Origin: an uncultured Acidobacteriota bacterium
GTDB lineage: Bacteria > Acidobacteriota > Blastocatellia > RBC074
Length of the DNA: 64,000 nucleotides
Direction of reading: 5' to 3'
NCBI GenBank assembly: GCA_963796275.1
Contig: CAWCKY010000006.1
Span: forward strand, 320,001-384,000
How positions within the stretch are numbered: position 1 is the stretch's first letter; each line of letters opens with the position of its first letter. The position numbers were made by a program, and so were the translations under genes. Positions 10,401 to 21,361 of the stretch are shown piece after piece. The notes beneath the pieces are model-generated. The model was given only the letters and a program-made list of their open reading frames with translations. It was not told the origin of the DNA and made no database searches.

Positions 10401-11948
10401 TCACAACCCCCAGGGAAGCCCGAGTATCTGCCACAACGCCAGGAGTACCGTCCATATGACGAAGATGATCACGACATACGGAAGCATCAGGGCGATGAGC
10501 GTGCCGACCCCCGCCTTCGGGTCGTATTTCTGGCAGAATGTCACGATCAGCGCAAAATACGCATTCATCGGCGTGATGGCATTCATCGGGCTGTCGGCGA
10601 CCCGATAGGCCGCCAACACGGCTTCGGGTTCGACGCCCAGCCGCATCAGCAGCGGCACGAAGACGGGCGCGAAGATCGCCCATTTCGGGATTGCGCCGGT
10701 CATGATCAGATCGAGGATGGCCACGACCACCACGAACCCGATCAGCAACGGCAGGGCGCCAAGTCCTGCCATCTCCAGCATGTCGCCCATATTCACGGCC
10801 GCCAGCGTCGCCATGTTGCTGTAGGTGAAGAACGCCAGGAACTGGCTGATGACGAACAACAGAAAGATCAGACCGGCGAGGCCGGCAACTGCCTTCTCCA
10901 TCGCCTTGATGACATCGACCGAGTTCTTCATGGTCTTGGCGCCGATCCCATAAGCCCATCCGACCACCAGGAACACCAGCGCGATGAACACGATCAAGCT
11001 GTTCATAAACGGCGAATCACCGATGAGTGCCCCGGTCTCAGGGTTCCGCAGCGGCGCCCCCGGAGGCAGCGTCAGGAGCGCGAAGAACAGCAGGACTCCG
11101 ATGAGCCCATACGTCGCGTACTTCAACCCTCGCGACTCCTCCGGAGTCATCCCCTCGCCGTGCTCCGGAGGACGCTCCCCTCTGTATTCGCCCAGACGCG
11201 GCTCGACCATCTTTTCCGTGATGAGCGAGACGACGATCGTCAGCATCAGAACCGAGGCGGCCGAGAACCAGAAGTTGGCCGCCAGATCGATCGAGAGGTT
11301 TGGATTCATCAGGTGGATGGCGTCATTGGTGATCTCCGTCAGGATGCCATCGAGCGGCTTGATCAAAATGTTCACGCTGAAGACGGCGGCAACACCGGCG
11401 AAGGAGGCCGCCAGCCCGGCGAATGGATGTCTGCCAAGGGTGAGGAACGCAACCGCAGCCAGTGGAATCAGGACCAGGTAGCCGGCATCCGCGGCGATGC
11501 TCGAAATTATCCCGATGAACACCAGAATATAGGTCATCAACGCCCGCGGCGCGACCATCACCAGCTTACGAATCAGCGCAGCAATCAGTCCGGATGCCTC
11601 GGCCACGCCGACCCCCAGCATGGCAACGATGATCACGCCAACCGCATTGAAGTTCATGAAATTCTGAACAACGCCGGTGAACATGAATCGGATTCCTTCC
11701 GCCGTGAGCAGACTGCGAGCCGCCGTCGTCACCTCTTCGACAGCATCCGTCTCCGGGTTGATGGTCTGATAGGTGACACTTGTTCCCATCAAATAAAAAA
11801 TATGGGAAAGCACGGCAACCAGTGCTATCAGCAGAAGAAAAATCACGACCGGATGCGGGACCTTGTTTCCGACCTTTTCAACGCCGTCAAGTAGTTTTTG
11901 CAGACCGGTCTTCGATTCCCTCGGTGATGCTTCGTACGTCTGTTCCAT
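10401..11948 (-). CDS. abgT: AbgT family transporter
   Basis: VEKVGNKVPHP N-terminus, AAYRVADSPMNAITP and GVGTLIALMLPY motifs. Confidence 0.9.
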   Translation of the reverse strand: MEQTYEASPRESKTGLQKLLDGVEKVGNKVPHPVVIFLLLIALVAVLSHIFYLMGTSVTYQTINPETDAVEEVTTAARSLLTAEGIRFMFTGVVQNFMNFNAVGVIIVAMLGVGVAEASGLIAALIRKLVMVAPRALMTYILVFIGIISSIAADAGYLVLIPLAAVAFLTLGRHPFAGLAASFAGVAAVFSVNILIKPLDGILTEITNDAIHLMNPNLSIDLAANFWFSAASVLMLTIVVSLITEKMVEPRLGEYRGERPPEHGEGMTPEESRGLKYATYGLIGVLLFFALLTLPPGAPLRNPETGALIGDSPFMNSLIVFIALVFLVVGWAYGIGAKTMKNSVDVIKAMEKAVAGLAGLIFLLFVISQFLAFFTYSNMATLAAVNMGDMLEMAGLGALPLLIGFVVVVAILDLIMTGAIPKWAIFAPVFVPLLMRLGVEPEAVLAAYRVADSPMNAITPMNAYFALIVTFCQKYDPKAGVGTLIALMLPYVVIIFVIWTVLLALWQILGLPWGL

Positions 11949-12388
11949 AGGACCATCCTTTCAAACCTTCCCCTCCGCACCCTGGCGCGCTGTGTGCTGC
12001 ACCGCCGGTCCTACGTTCTCTGCCGTGACCAGTGCCGCAACTGCGCAACCAAACGCGGAGGAAGTTACGTAAAAGGAGGATAAATTAATGATTCTTGAAT
12101 TGGGCCGCGACTCCGGAGGTTATCTGCGGGTTATATCTAAGAAGTAAGAGAGTATTCTAATGATATCTCATTTTGTCGGTGGTTGGGAAGTTGAATGGAA
12201 GCCGACGAGACTGCGACGGCAGTAATCAGTTTTAATCATTGATTAAAAAAATTAATTTATTGACGAAAATATGGCGCTGGGCTATGATCCGGCACCGCTT
12301 AAATTATTAGCAGCGCCTCATTAGCTTATTGATTTCGTTAGAAATTATGGGCTAGGGCGCTGTCTTTACAAAAAAAGGGAGGGAGAGA

Positions 12389-12913
12389 ATGAGCGATCTA
12401 ATCGTAGTTGGATTCAAGGGAGAGGACACGGCGGACCAGGTGTTAAACAAATTGCATGCCTTGAAGAAGGAGCACCTGATAGACCTCGAAGACGCGTGCG
12501 TAGTGGTGCGCGATATGGCTGGCAAGGTGCATATGAAGCAGGCGGTCAACCTAACGGGCGTCGGTGCGGCAAGCGGCGGCATTAGAGGCGCTTTGTGGGG
12601 CACACTTATCGGACTGCTGTTCCTCAACCCGGTGCTCGGAATGATTACCGGAGCGGCATTTGGGGCTGGCTTCGGCGCTTTGGCCGGATCTCTATCGGAT
12701 TACGGTATTGACGAAAAATTTATCAAGTCATTGGGTTCGACGATCGTGCCCGGCACGTCTGCGCTCTTCGTCCTGATCCGCAGCGTCACTGCCGATAAGG
12801 TCCTACCCGAGCTCCAGCCATTTGGTGGGACGGTTCTGCGGACGTCTCTTTCGAATCAGGAGGAGGCTCGTCTGCAGCAAGCGCTCCAAGGGGCGAAACC
12901 CGCGGGCGCATAG
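12389..12913 (+). CDS. DUF1269 domain membrane protein
   Basis: MSDLIVVGF start, Gly-rich TM hairpin GALWGTLIGLLFLNP, DYGID, GGTVLRTSLS. Strong RBS. Confidence 0.85.
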   Translation: MSDLIVVGFKGEDTADQVLNKLHALKKEHLIDLEDACVVVRDMAGKVHMKQAVNLTGVGAASGGIRGALWGTLIGLLFLNPVLGMITGAAFGAGFGALAGSLSDYGIDEKFIKSLGSTIVPGTSALFVLIRSVTADKVLPELQPFGGTVLRTSLSNQEEARLQQALQGAKPAGA

Positions 12914-12977
12914 TCGCCAGCGGATGGGGCGCACTGACTCAAACAACTTATTTTGCGAGCAGGTAAAAGCGCTAGCT

Positions 12978-13982
12978 ATGCCTATACGATCCGATATTGG
13001 TACGGCGACCGGCACTGCGCATGTGTCCACCGGTCGCTTGCCTGCGCCTCAGCGGGTAAAGCAATTGGTGGCGGAGGCGTACGAGCTGTATCGGGCCACT
13101 GCTGACGGCCAGAACTCGCAGGTGTATCCGGCGCTGGCTCGGGTACCCAGTGAGTTGTTGGGTATCTGCCTGGTGGACACCGGCGGCAATATCTATGCGG
13201 CTGGGGACGCGGACTACGACTTCACGATCATGAGCGTCTCCAAGCCGTTCGTTTTTGCTCTGGTGTGTCAAGAGATCGGCGTGGAGAAGGTGCGCCAGGA
13301 AATCGGTGTGAATGCCACCGGGCTTGCTTTCAACTCGCTGTCGGCTATCGAACAGAACCCTGACGGACGAACCAACCCGATGGTTAATGCGGGGGCGATC
13401 GCTACAACCAGCCTGGTGCCGGGCGCGACGCTCGAGGCCAAATGGCAGTTCATTCACGACGGGTTATCGCGCTTCGCCGGCCGATCCCTTCCACTCAACA
13501 AGGAAGTTTATGCTTCCGCGTCGGCGACTAACCACCGGAATCGGAGCATCGCCCGCCTCCTGCAGAGCTACGGGCGCATTTACATGGACCCGGTCGAGAC
13601 GACCGATCTGTACACCAGGCAGTGCTCCGTAAACGTGAGCGCCAGAGAACTGGCGGTCATGGGAGCGACTCTGGCGGACGGCGGGGTGAATCCGCTCACC
13701 AAGGTACAGGTGGTGGACGCTGCCATCTGCCATTACACGTTGGCGGTAATGGCGACCGCCGGTTTGTATGAGACATCGGGCGACTGGCTCTACGACATCG
13801 GATTGCCGGGCAAGAGCGGCATCGGCGGTGGGATCGTCACGGTATCGCCGGGCAAAGGCGGTCTGGGGACATTCGCACCGCGGCTTGACGGTGCCGGCAA
13901 CAGCGTCAATGGGCAGCTCGTTGCGAAATTCCTGTCCCAACAGTTGGGTCTGGACCTGTTCGTCTCGCGACCGGATGCGTGA
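12978..13982 (+). CDS. glsA: glutaminase A
   Basis: FTIMSVSKPF (SxxK), NPMVNAGAI and LPGKSGIGGGI motifs. Start moved to ATG 12978. Confidence 0.92.
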   Translation: MPIRSDIGTATGTAHVSTGRLPAPQRVKQLVAEAYELYRATADGQNSQVYPALARVPSELLGICLVDTGGNIYAAGDADYDFTIMSVSKPFVFALVCQEIGVEKVRQEIGVNATGLAFNSLSAIEQNPDGRTNPMVNAGAIATTSLVPGATLEAKWQFIHDGLSRFAGRSLPLNKEVYASASATNHRNRSIARLLQSYGRIYMDPVETTDLYTRQCSVNVSARELAVMGATLADGGVNPLTKVQVVDAAICHYTLAVMATAGLYETSGDWLYDIGLPGKSGIGGGIVTVSPGKGGLGTFAPRLDGAGNSVNGQLVAKFLSQQLGLDLFVSRPDA

Positions 13983-14480
13983 TCAGAACATCTCCTCGAA
14001 ACTTTTTCAGACCGCTGCTTTCCCGGTCGCTGCGCCATCATGCTTGTATCAACCTGATTGCCTACATCGCCACCCAACGGCGACGAAGAATCGGCGTTTG
14101 TTTGATACTGCTCTAGAAAAAACTTGAGAAACGGTTATCAATAAAATTGCCGGTCACGACTAGAGCTATTGGCATATCCCAGATCGAATATCCTCCCAGA
14201 TAGCAATGCTGCGGGGCTGGTTGTCAGAAATAAATCTGGCTTCCAGGTCAGGATAAGCATTTCACCTGACATCCCATTCATCGAATACCCTTCAATAAAT
14301 TAAGCACAGTGTAGTTACGTCTCACTCATACAAATAATAGCTGCGTGATGACCCCGCTCACGGCCCTGTGAATGCATATTGGGAGCGGTGCTTCTCACGA
14401 TGATTACTCCAGGGAAAGACGGTTGAAACAAAACAGTCTCCGCCTTGAGCAGATTTAAAAGTTACGGGAGGATCAAAGAT

Positions 14481-14963
14481 ATGGCTGAAAGAAATTTTCT
14501 GACGACCGGCGAATCGGCTGCGGCCCCGGCTGCGCCGGTGCGTAGTGCGGAAGAGATTCGGCGAGACATAGCTTCGACGCGCGAGTCGATTACCGATACG
14601 GTGGATCAATTGAACAATCGTTTCGAGCAGACTTTAGATTGGCGCACTTATGTGGCGGATCATCCACTGATTGCTTTGGGCGTGGCGGCCGGGATCGGAT
14701 TTTTAGCATCGGGATTATTCAGGCATCGCGTTTCATCGAAGGAGCGTATTACTGATGCTTTAGCCAATACCATCGAAGACATGACTGACCGAGTTCGGTA
14801 TCGGCTCGATACCGCCGTATCGAGAGGGCCGGGGCTGATGGGAACAGTAAAATCGGCGGCTTTCTGGGCGATTACCAAATCGGCGAGCAGCTATTTGCGC
14901 GATCGAGTCATCAGCGACGACATCCAAGGAGTAGCGAGCCGTGGACGAAACGTAGATGACTAA
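14481..14963 (+). CDS. DUF3618 domain protein
   Basis: SAEEIRRDIASTRESITDTVDQL followed by HPLIALGVAAGIG. GGAGG RBS before ATG 14481. Confidence 0.75.
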   Translation: MAERNFLTTGESAAAPAAPVRSAEEIRRDIASTRESITDTVDQLNNRFEQTLDWRTYVADHPLIALGVAAGIGFLASGLFRHRVSSKERITDALANTIEDMTDRVRYRLDTAVSRGPGLMGTVKSAAFWAITKSASSYLRDRVISDDIQGVASRGRNVDD

Positions 14964-15112
14964 AATTTTCTTCACATCGTCTTCACTCAACTAATTGTGA
15001 GGGTGTATTACCGCGCCAGCGGACGCGCCACTTACAGCATTTTCCGCGTCGATAAAAAGTCGCTGGATGAAACCTGACGCATATCCATGCGCTAAAAATA
15101 AAAGGAGAAACT

Positions 15113-15577
15113 ATGGCAGACACAAGACAAGAACAACCCAAGTCAGAGGCATACCAGGCGGAGACAACGCCTCAACCATTCGTGACTAGACAAACCAGTG
15201 AACAGGGCGCCGGCGCAACGGCGGCGCATGCTCGAGAAGTATCGAATATGGATCGCGAATCTGAATGGCAGATGGGTCAGACCCGGCAGTCGTTCAGAGG
15301 CCGTGCATCTGAGATGGCAGGACAGCAGGGCCGAGAAGAACTCAATAAAACCTATATCGGTGCGAGCAAGGGGATGAACGAGACCTGGGATCAGGCGATG
15401 GAATATAGCAAAGATCATCCAGTCGCTACCGCTCTCATAGCTTTCGGAGCTGGAATTGGAGTCGGATTATTTATACTCGCCAGCTTCGGAGGCTTCCATT
15501 CTCGCAGCCGCTCGCGCCGGATGGTGCCTCCGATATTGAATCTCGTATCGGAAATCAGCAGGGAATTATTCCGTTGA
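15113..15577 (+). CDS. membrane-anchored stress protein (ElaB/DUF883-like C-terminus)
   Basis: Hydrophilic N-terminus, then YSKDHPVATALIAFGAGIGVG. AAGGAG RBS. Confidence 0.6.
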   Translation: MADTRQEQPKSEAYQAETTPQPFVTRQTSEQGAGATAAHAREVSNMDRESEWQMGQTRQSFRGRASEMAGQQGREELNKTYIGASKGMNETWDQAMEYSKDHPVATALIAFGAGIGVGLFILASFGGFHSRSRSRRMVPPILNLVSEISRELFR

Positions 15578-15660
15578 GAGAAAACATCGAATGATAACGA
15601 TCGGATTGCCCTCTTCTAGGAAGATATTCATCAACATAACTATTTTTAAGGAGTTAAATC

Positions 15661-17175
15661 ATGAACATCATCATAGATACCGCATCTCCGAAAGATTTTC
15701 GGACAGGCGTGCTCGCAGTCGGCGCTTTCAGCGATGGTCCTCTACCCCCTTCAACGCGGACCATAGACGATGCCTCGCAGGGAAAACTTTCCGATCGTAT
15801 CAAGCGGGGCGATCTCGAGGCGAAGGCGGGCGCTTCGCTAATGCTCTATGACGTGCCCGGTACAGCGGCGGAGCGAGTATTGATTATCAGTCTCGGGCCG
15901 CGTGACGAATTCGGCGAAAAAGCGTTCCGCGATGCACTCGCCGGTGCGGCCAAGATGCTCGCCGGCGGAGCCGCCAGGGACGCGGCTATAGCGCTCACCG
16001 ATATCGAGTTGCCCGGCCGTTCTCTCGCCTGGCGCGTCGAGCAAGCAAGCCGCATTCTCGCTGACGGGGCTTACCAGTTCGATGCTCCCGGCATGAGGAG
16101 GACAAAGCAAGATGATCGCGGTGTGCGCAAGATCAGCCTGTTGGTGACGGACAAGGCCGACTCGGAGCTCGAGCGCGCAGTGCGCCGCGGCCAGGCGGTG
16201 GCCGAGGGGATGGCCCTCACGAAGGATCTCGGCAATCTGGGGGGCAATGTTTGCACCCCGGCTTATTTCGCCCAGACAGCTCAGGCGATGGGCCAGGAGT
16301 TCAATTTCGCGGTCGATGTGCTCGAGCGCGAGGACATGGAGAAGCTCGGCATGGGCTCGGCCTTGTCAGTAGGCCGCGCGTCGCACAACCCGTGCAAGTT
16401 CATCGTCATGCACTACCGCGGCGGCGAGTCGACGGCCAAACCTGTCGTGCTGGTGGGGAAGGGGGTCACCTTCGATACCGGCGGTATCTCCCTCAAGCCC
16501 GGCGCTGACCTGGACGAGATGAAGTACGACATGAGCGGCGGCGGCACTGTGTTCGGCGTGATCAAGACGATAGCCCGCCTCGCGTTGCCGATCAACGTCA
16601 TAGCCATCGTCCCCGCAGTCGAGAACATGCCCGGTGGCAACGCGACCCGGCCGGGCGACGTCGTCACCTCGATGTCAGGGCAGACCATCGAGATACTGAA
16701 CACCGACGCGGAAGGCCGCCTCATCCTGTGCGACGCTCTGACATATGCCGAGCGTTTCGCGCCGGCATGCGTGATCGACGTCGCGACCCTCACCGGTGCC
16801 TGTGTGATCGCTCTCGGCAGTTTCACCAGCGCCGTCTTCGCCAACGACGATGCGCTCGCCAACGAACTGCTCCAGTGCAGCATAGATACGGGCGACCGCG
16901 CCTGGCAGCTGCCGCTGTTCGACGAGTACCAGGCCCAGCTCAAGAGCAACTTTGCCGACATGGCCAATATCGGCGGTCGCCCCGCCGGCGCGATCACTGC
17001 GGCGTGCTTTCTGGCGCGCTTCACCAAGGCGTACAAGTGGGCGCACCTCGATATAGCCGGGACAGCTTCGGTGTCCGGTGAATCGAAGGGAGCCACCGGC
17101 CGTCCCGTCCCATTGTTGTCGGAGTTCCTGATCCGGCGCGCCGGCGCTGGATCCGCCTTGAGCGCAGGTGCATAG
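15661..17175 (+). CDS. pepA: M17 family leucyl aminopeptidase, second copy
   Basis: VGKGVTFDTGG, MKYDMSG, NTDAEGRL and WAHLDIAG motifs. AAGGAG RBS. Confidence 0.92.
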   Translation: MNIIIDTASPKDFRTGVLAVGAFSDGPLPPSTRTIDDASQGKLSDRIKRGDLEAKAGASLMLYDVPGTAAERVLIISLGPRDEFGEKAFRDALAGAAKMLAGGAARDAAIALTDIELPGRSLAWRVEQASRILADGAYQFDAPGMRRTKQDDRGVRKISLLVTDKADSELERAVRRGQAVAEGMALTKDLGNLGGNVCTPAYFAQTAQAMGQEFNFAVDVLEREDMEKLGMGSALSVGRASHNPCKFIVMHYRGGESTAKPVVLVGKGVTFDTGGISLKPGADLDEMKYDMSGGGTVFGVIKTIARLALPINVIAIVPAVENMPGGNATRPGDVVTSMSGQTIEILNTDAEGRLILCDALTYAERFAPACVIDVATLTGACVIALGSFTSAVFANDDALANELLQCSIDTGDRAWQLPLFDEYQAQLKSNFADMANIGGRPAGAITAACFLARFTKAYKWAHLDIAGTASVSGESKGATGRPVPLLSEFLIRRAGAGSALSAGA

Positions 17176-17460
17176 GCAAATAGTCGCATGCGCTCTGCCG
17201 CCTGAAGGATGGGGAGCAGCAGCAACCGGGGTTCTTTATTGGCTGTGGCGTCTGTTCCTTTCGCTCAACTACAGGACTTTGATCTTCTGATAGTTGGGCG
17301 CTGCTGCCAATAGTGCTAGTCAGGCTCATCGTCTACTTAGAAACGGGCAACGCTGCTGCTCTTCTCGAGGCGCGGGAAATGGAACTCGACCTTATCTCTT
17401 TGCCAGAGGGAAGCCAGGCGCCTTCCAATCGTGGTTATGGCATAAAACTGTGCTCCGCGT

Positions 17461-18303
17461 TCACCTGGTATCGCTCTGCGGAATTGATGGCGGCTTCGGC
17501 GTTGTTTCCGCAGCCTCTTCAGCCTGCAGTCTGTCGTGCAATCGATTCACGCTTTTCTGACTGACGCGGATGAAGCCTTGCTGCGGATGCTGGAGGTCGA
17601 TGATCACCAAAAGGACAGCTGCCACTAGAATCGACATCCCTGTAGTGAGGAAGAACTTACGGCTTCCATTCAATCCGATACCGTACCCGGTCAGCGCCAA
17701 AGATGCGATGGCCAGAAAAAACAGGAGCCAGAGAATGACCTTGGGAACCCGATATTCAAATGCTGCAATGCGTCGCTCGTGTAGGTCGATGACGTCATTG
17801 AGCGATTGCAGCAATAGGCTGTCAGACTCCGTCGGCTCCCGGCCTTCGATTGCGCGGAAGCCTGCATACCAGAGAGTTTGCAATGTCCGTTCGGCCACCT
17901 GAATGCTCTCGATAGCCTTTCCCTTGTCATCACTGACATCAAATTGTGCAGCCGAATCCACATATTTTCGGAGGATCCGCCGAAGCTCGCTGCGACCGGG
18001 ATCAGTCACCAGACCGGCACGCAGGTATGCCGTCCCGAGAGCGCTTGCTTCACTAACCTGTAGTTCTGTTCGAGCATCATGACGGTCCGCTGCTAACGCG
18101 TATGTGAATCCAAGCAGCAGGGACAATAAACCCAGCACGCCCCCTTGAATGAAACCGAGGTACGACGTGTCCTCCTCTCTCCGCCTGGCACGCGCACGAG
18201 CGCCGAACTGGACGCCGGCCTCGGTGGCGAGCAGCATCAGAACAAACAATAAACATACAGTAAGCAAGGGATTGGTCGGATATAAAAAGTCAGTTTCGTC
18301 CAT
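17461..18303 (-). CDS. membrane protein, DUF4239/bestrophin-like
   Basis: LGLLSLLLGFTY, EASALGTAYLRA and IIDLQHPQQGFIRVS patterns. Start is 18303 (ATG) or 18315 (GTG). Confidence 0.7.
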   Translation of the reverse strand: MDETDFLYPTNPLLTVCLLFVLMLLATEAGVQFGARARARRREEDTSYLGFIQGGVLGLLSLLLGFTYALAADRHDARTELQVSEASALGTAYLRAGLVTDPGRSELRRILRKYVDSAAQFDVSDDKGKAIESIQVAERTLQTLWYAGFRAIEGREPTESDSLLLQSLNDVIDLHERRIAAFEYRVPKVILWLLFFLAIASLALTGYGIGLNGSRKFFLTTGMSILVAAVLLVIIDLQHPQQGFIRVSQKSVNRLHDRLQAEEAAETTPKPPSIPQSDTR

Positions 18304-18345
18304 GGAATACTCCACTTACGCTAGATATTCGAACTTGGGCTGTTT

Positions 18346-21045
18346 CTATTTTTCACGTGAGGATTCTATTTCTTGTTTTCGTTGTTCCATCATACCGCCG
18401 CCGCGCGGAGCAGATGCTCCGAGGGAGAGGCTTTCTCGGTTCACCACGGCGTCGATGCTTTTGATATACATCTCCTGTCGAGGCAGTGCGATTTCGATCC
18501 CGGACTTCTTCAGCGCGGCAGCGACTTTCACACCAAGCTCGCTTTTCACCTGCTGATTTATCCCGGCCTGGGCAACCCAGAAACGCAACTCGAAATTGAG
18601 CGCGTTATTGCCGAACCCCAGGAACAGCGCGGTTGGTTCGGGATCGCGCAACACGTCGTGATGCGACCCGGCCACTTCGATCAGCAAATTGAGCACTAGG
18701 TCCGGATCCGTGTCATAGACGACGGGGACCGCCAGCTCTACACGCCGGCGCTGCTGCGTCAGCGTCCAATTAGTCACCTGGCTGGAGATCAGAATGGAAT
18801 TGGGCACGATCACTTCGGCGCCTTGGCCAGTCCGGATGGAAGTCGACCTCATCCCGATCCGTTCGACGTCACCCGACGTCTCGCCTATCTCCAATGAGTC
18901 TCCGATGCGAATTGGCCGCTCGAAGAGCAGAATGATCCCCGAGAAGAAATTGCTGATAATATTCTGCAGGCCAAAGCCCGCCCCGACGCCGAAGGCTCCG
19001 GTCAGCAGCGTGAAGCGGGAGAGCTCAACCCCTGAAGCAGCCAGGGCCAGCAGGAAGACCGCCAGCAAGAGCACATAATAGGTGATAGTCGAGATCGCAT
19101 ATGAAAGGCCGTGCTTGAGCGGGAGCCGCACCAGCACGTCCGTTCGCAAGATGACCCGGATAATGTTGGCGAAGATTACGCCCAGCACTAAGATCAAAAC
19201 GAAGGTCAACACATCTCTGAGAGAGAAATTGACTGCGCCCCACTTAATTTGGGTCGTGAGCACGGATGAAAGCGCGCCCAAAACGCTCTCCCTGATGGTG
19301 AAGAAACTGAGCGTTGCGTACAACCAGATGGCAAAAGCGGTTACGACCAGCAAGCGCATCCCCCATTTCGCGACCATCCCTCCATGCGTGCGGATAGAGG
19401 AGAACAAAGGTGGCCAGCGGGTTTGCCAAAACAGGGAAAAGAGCGTGATTACACCGATGTAAGCTGTATAAAGAGCGATCGCGAAGAAAGCGCTGAGAAT
19501 GGCGCCTGATCTGAGAACGCGGGAGAGCGCGACGTAGCCAAAGATATTCGCCAGCAACGAGCCGAGAATAAGCACAAGGGCCGCCCGGGCGCCTATCAGG
19601 ACGAGAAATACACTTCTGACGTATGGTTGAAGCGGGCGGGTCCGAGCTGTACGGATGAGCCAGGCGCACAGAGAGATGGCAGCAAGACTCAAGCCCGCCG
19701 AGATCTCCCGCTTCACAGCCGCTGGTATAGGAAGCAACTCGGATATCCAAACCGTCATGCCGAAGACAACCAGTAAATACAAAAGCGGCCGGAAGACCGG
19801 AAGAATCAGAGAGGGCAGGAACTGCAAGACTGGTACTACAAAAAGAACAGCCACCAGGTTCCTGATCAAAGCCGGCATGTTGGCGGTAAATGGCAGGGTG
19901 ATAGTCAAAGTCGTGAGCAACGCCAGCGAAATCGGGTGTTGGAAAAGATGGGCGGCCCTGTGGGGTTCTCCCGGTGTTTTGCGCAGGACTCTGTGACGAA
20001 GGGCGATGCAGATTGCCAGGGCGGCAAGAAAAAAAGCGAATATCGCTGATACGGCCGGGCGCCTGGCTTTGAGAAACTCCTTGGCACGGATCATGGCTCC
20101 ATTGAGCGACCTGCTAAACGGAATATCGAGAGCCCCTTCGTTTTGCCGGCGAGAGCGGATCTCCCACAATGGAAGGGCATCGCGTTCCAACATGCTACGT
20201 TGGAGCCGCCCTTTTGCCTGACGGATACTCTCCAAGACGTCTGCCACCGCCTGAGCCTGTTGTGAAACCCGGTTTTGCAGTGTTACGAGGAGAGTCAGTC
20301 GCTCGTTAGCCTTTGATCTGGTGGCCAGGATTTCGTGGAGCGAAACCCGTATGCGGTCGATGACCGCCTTAATCTCACCCTCGCCTTTGATCTGATTGAG
20401 AGTGGCTTCCCATTGAGCTTGTTGGCTGGCAAGCGTGCGGACATCTTCTTCGACGGCTTTCACGCGTCCGGTCAGCGTCTGACCCCAGGCAGCGTATTGG
20501 TGGTATTTCGCCTGCCAATCCTTATCAATTTCCTGGAGTTCGGTCAGAGTGGGATTGGCAGCAATCAACTCATCCACCTCACGCCGCCGGGCGCGAACCA
20601 ATTCATCATGAGTCCGTAGAAACTGATCAATAGAGTCCAAGGTAGGATCGGGCTCTAACCGTTCGTTCATCTCACGCAATAATAGATTCAACTCCTCGGC
20701 GCGAGCCACAATCTCAGGCAGTTGGATCGCCAGCTCAGCCGCCTGATCGGGGGAGGCCACAGGCTGCGCCTGTAATCGTGGGGGCGGAGTTCGGGACTTC
20801 ATCTGCGCGGCGGGTTGACCCGGCCAATAGAGTAAGGCGCATGCCGCACAGAGAGTGGCTAAGATAAATCTGTAGCGCGAATTGTCTGGCCCGGATCTGC
20901 GGATAAGCGGCTGATTTTCACCCAGTTCGTGATGATCGGGTGCAATCAGTAGCGCGAGCGATAGCGATCGTAGTTTCCGGAAGCGCCTGAGGCCGGAAAC
21001 CACGCTCGCTACCGCTCGCGTTACTGATTCACCAGTTGTCCTCAT
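18346..21045 (-). CDS. large mechanosensitive channel (MscS/MscK-like)
   Basis: C-terminal GFGLQNIISNFFSGIILLFERPIRIGD..IGMRST..VPNS, periplasmic coiled coil, many TM segments. Start uncertain; ATG 21045 has a GAGG RBS. Confidence 0.85.
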   Translation of the reverse strand: MRTTGESVTRAVASVVSGLRRFRKLRSLSLALLIAPDHHELGENQPLIRRSGPDNSRYRFILATLCAACALLYWPGQPAAQMKSRTPPPRLQAQPVASPDQAAELAIQLPEIVARAEELNLLLREMNERLEPDPTLDSIDQFLRTHDELVRARRREVDELIAANPTLTELQEIDKDWQAKYHQYAAWGQTLTGRVKAVEEDVRTLASQQAQWEATLNQIKGEGEIKAVIDRIRVSLHEILATRSKANERLTLLVTLQNRVSQQAQAVADVLESIRQAKGRLQRSMLERDALPLWEIRSRRQNEGALDIPFSRSLNGAMIRAKEFLKARRPAVSAIFAFFLAALAICIALRHRVLRKTPGEPHRAAHLFQHPISLALLTTLTITLPFTANMPALIRNLVAVLFVVPVLQFLPSLILPVFRPLLYLLVVFGMTVWISELLPIPAAVKREISAGLSLAAISLCAWLIRTARTRPLQPYVRSVFLVLIGARAALVLILGSLLANIFGYVALSRVLRSGAILSAFFAIALYTAYIGVITLFSLFWQTRWPPLFSSIRTHGGMVAKWGMRLLVVTAFAIWLYATLSFFTIRESVLGALSSVLTTQIKWGAVNFSLRDVLTFVLILVLGVIFANIIRVILRTDVLVRLPLKHGLSYAISTITYYVLLLAVFLLALAASGVELSRFTLLTGAFGVGAGFGLQNIISNFFSGIILLFERPIRIGDSLEIGETSGDVERIGMRSTSIRTGQGAEVIVPNSILISSQVTNWTLTQQRRRVELAVPVVYDTDPDLVLNLLIEVAGSHHDVLRDPEPTALFLGFGNNALNFELRFWVAQAGINQQVKSELGVKVAAALKKSGIEIALPRQEMYIKSIDAVVNRESLSLGASAPRGGGMMEQRKQEIESSREK

Positions 21046-21055
21046 CGACGACCTC

Positions 21056-21361
21056 TTATCCGTGTAATCGATCTGTCGTTGGTCTATGCCAGTGCCGTTT
21101 GGAATTGGGGGAGCAGCTAAACTGAAGGCATGCTTCAACCTGCTCCTTCTTCATCACCTGCGAAAGCTTCGCCATCATAGCCTCCATATCCATGGATTCC
21201 CGGTCGAACATCACCTGGCAGATATCCAGATACTTCCTGCCCACACCATAGCCTCGATCAGCCAAACAATGTTCACTGGCGAACAATCGCCAAGCTTCAT
21301 TCACATAGAGAATGGTCCCTGATTCATTCAGAACTGCCGCGCTCGCAGGAATGTTATCCAT
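21056..21361 (-). pseudogene. isolated PAS domain (remnant or small protein)
   Basis: MDNIPASAAVLNESGTILYVNEAWRLFA..YGVGRKYLDIC is PAS-like. The ORF stops before any output domain. Confidence 0.5.

Noticed and set aside
10383-11894. 503-aa plus-strand ORF
   Set aside because: It is the antisense shadow of abgT, with typical His/Arg/Gln-rich shadow composition.
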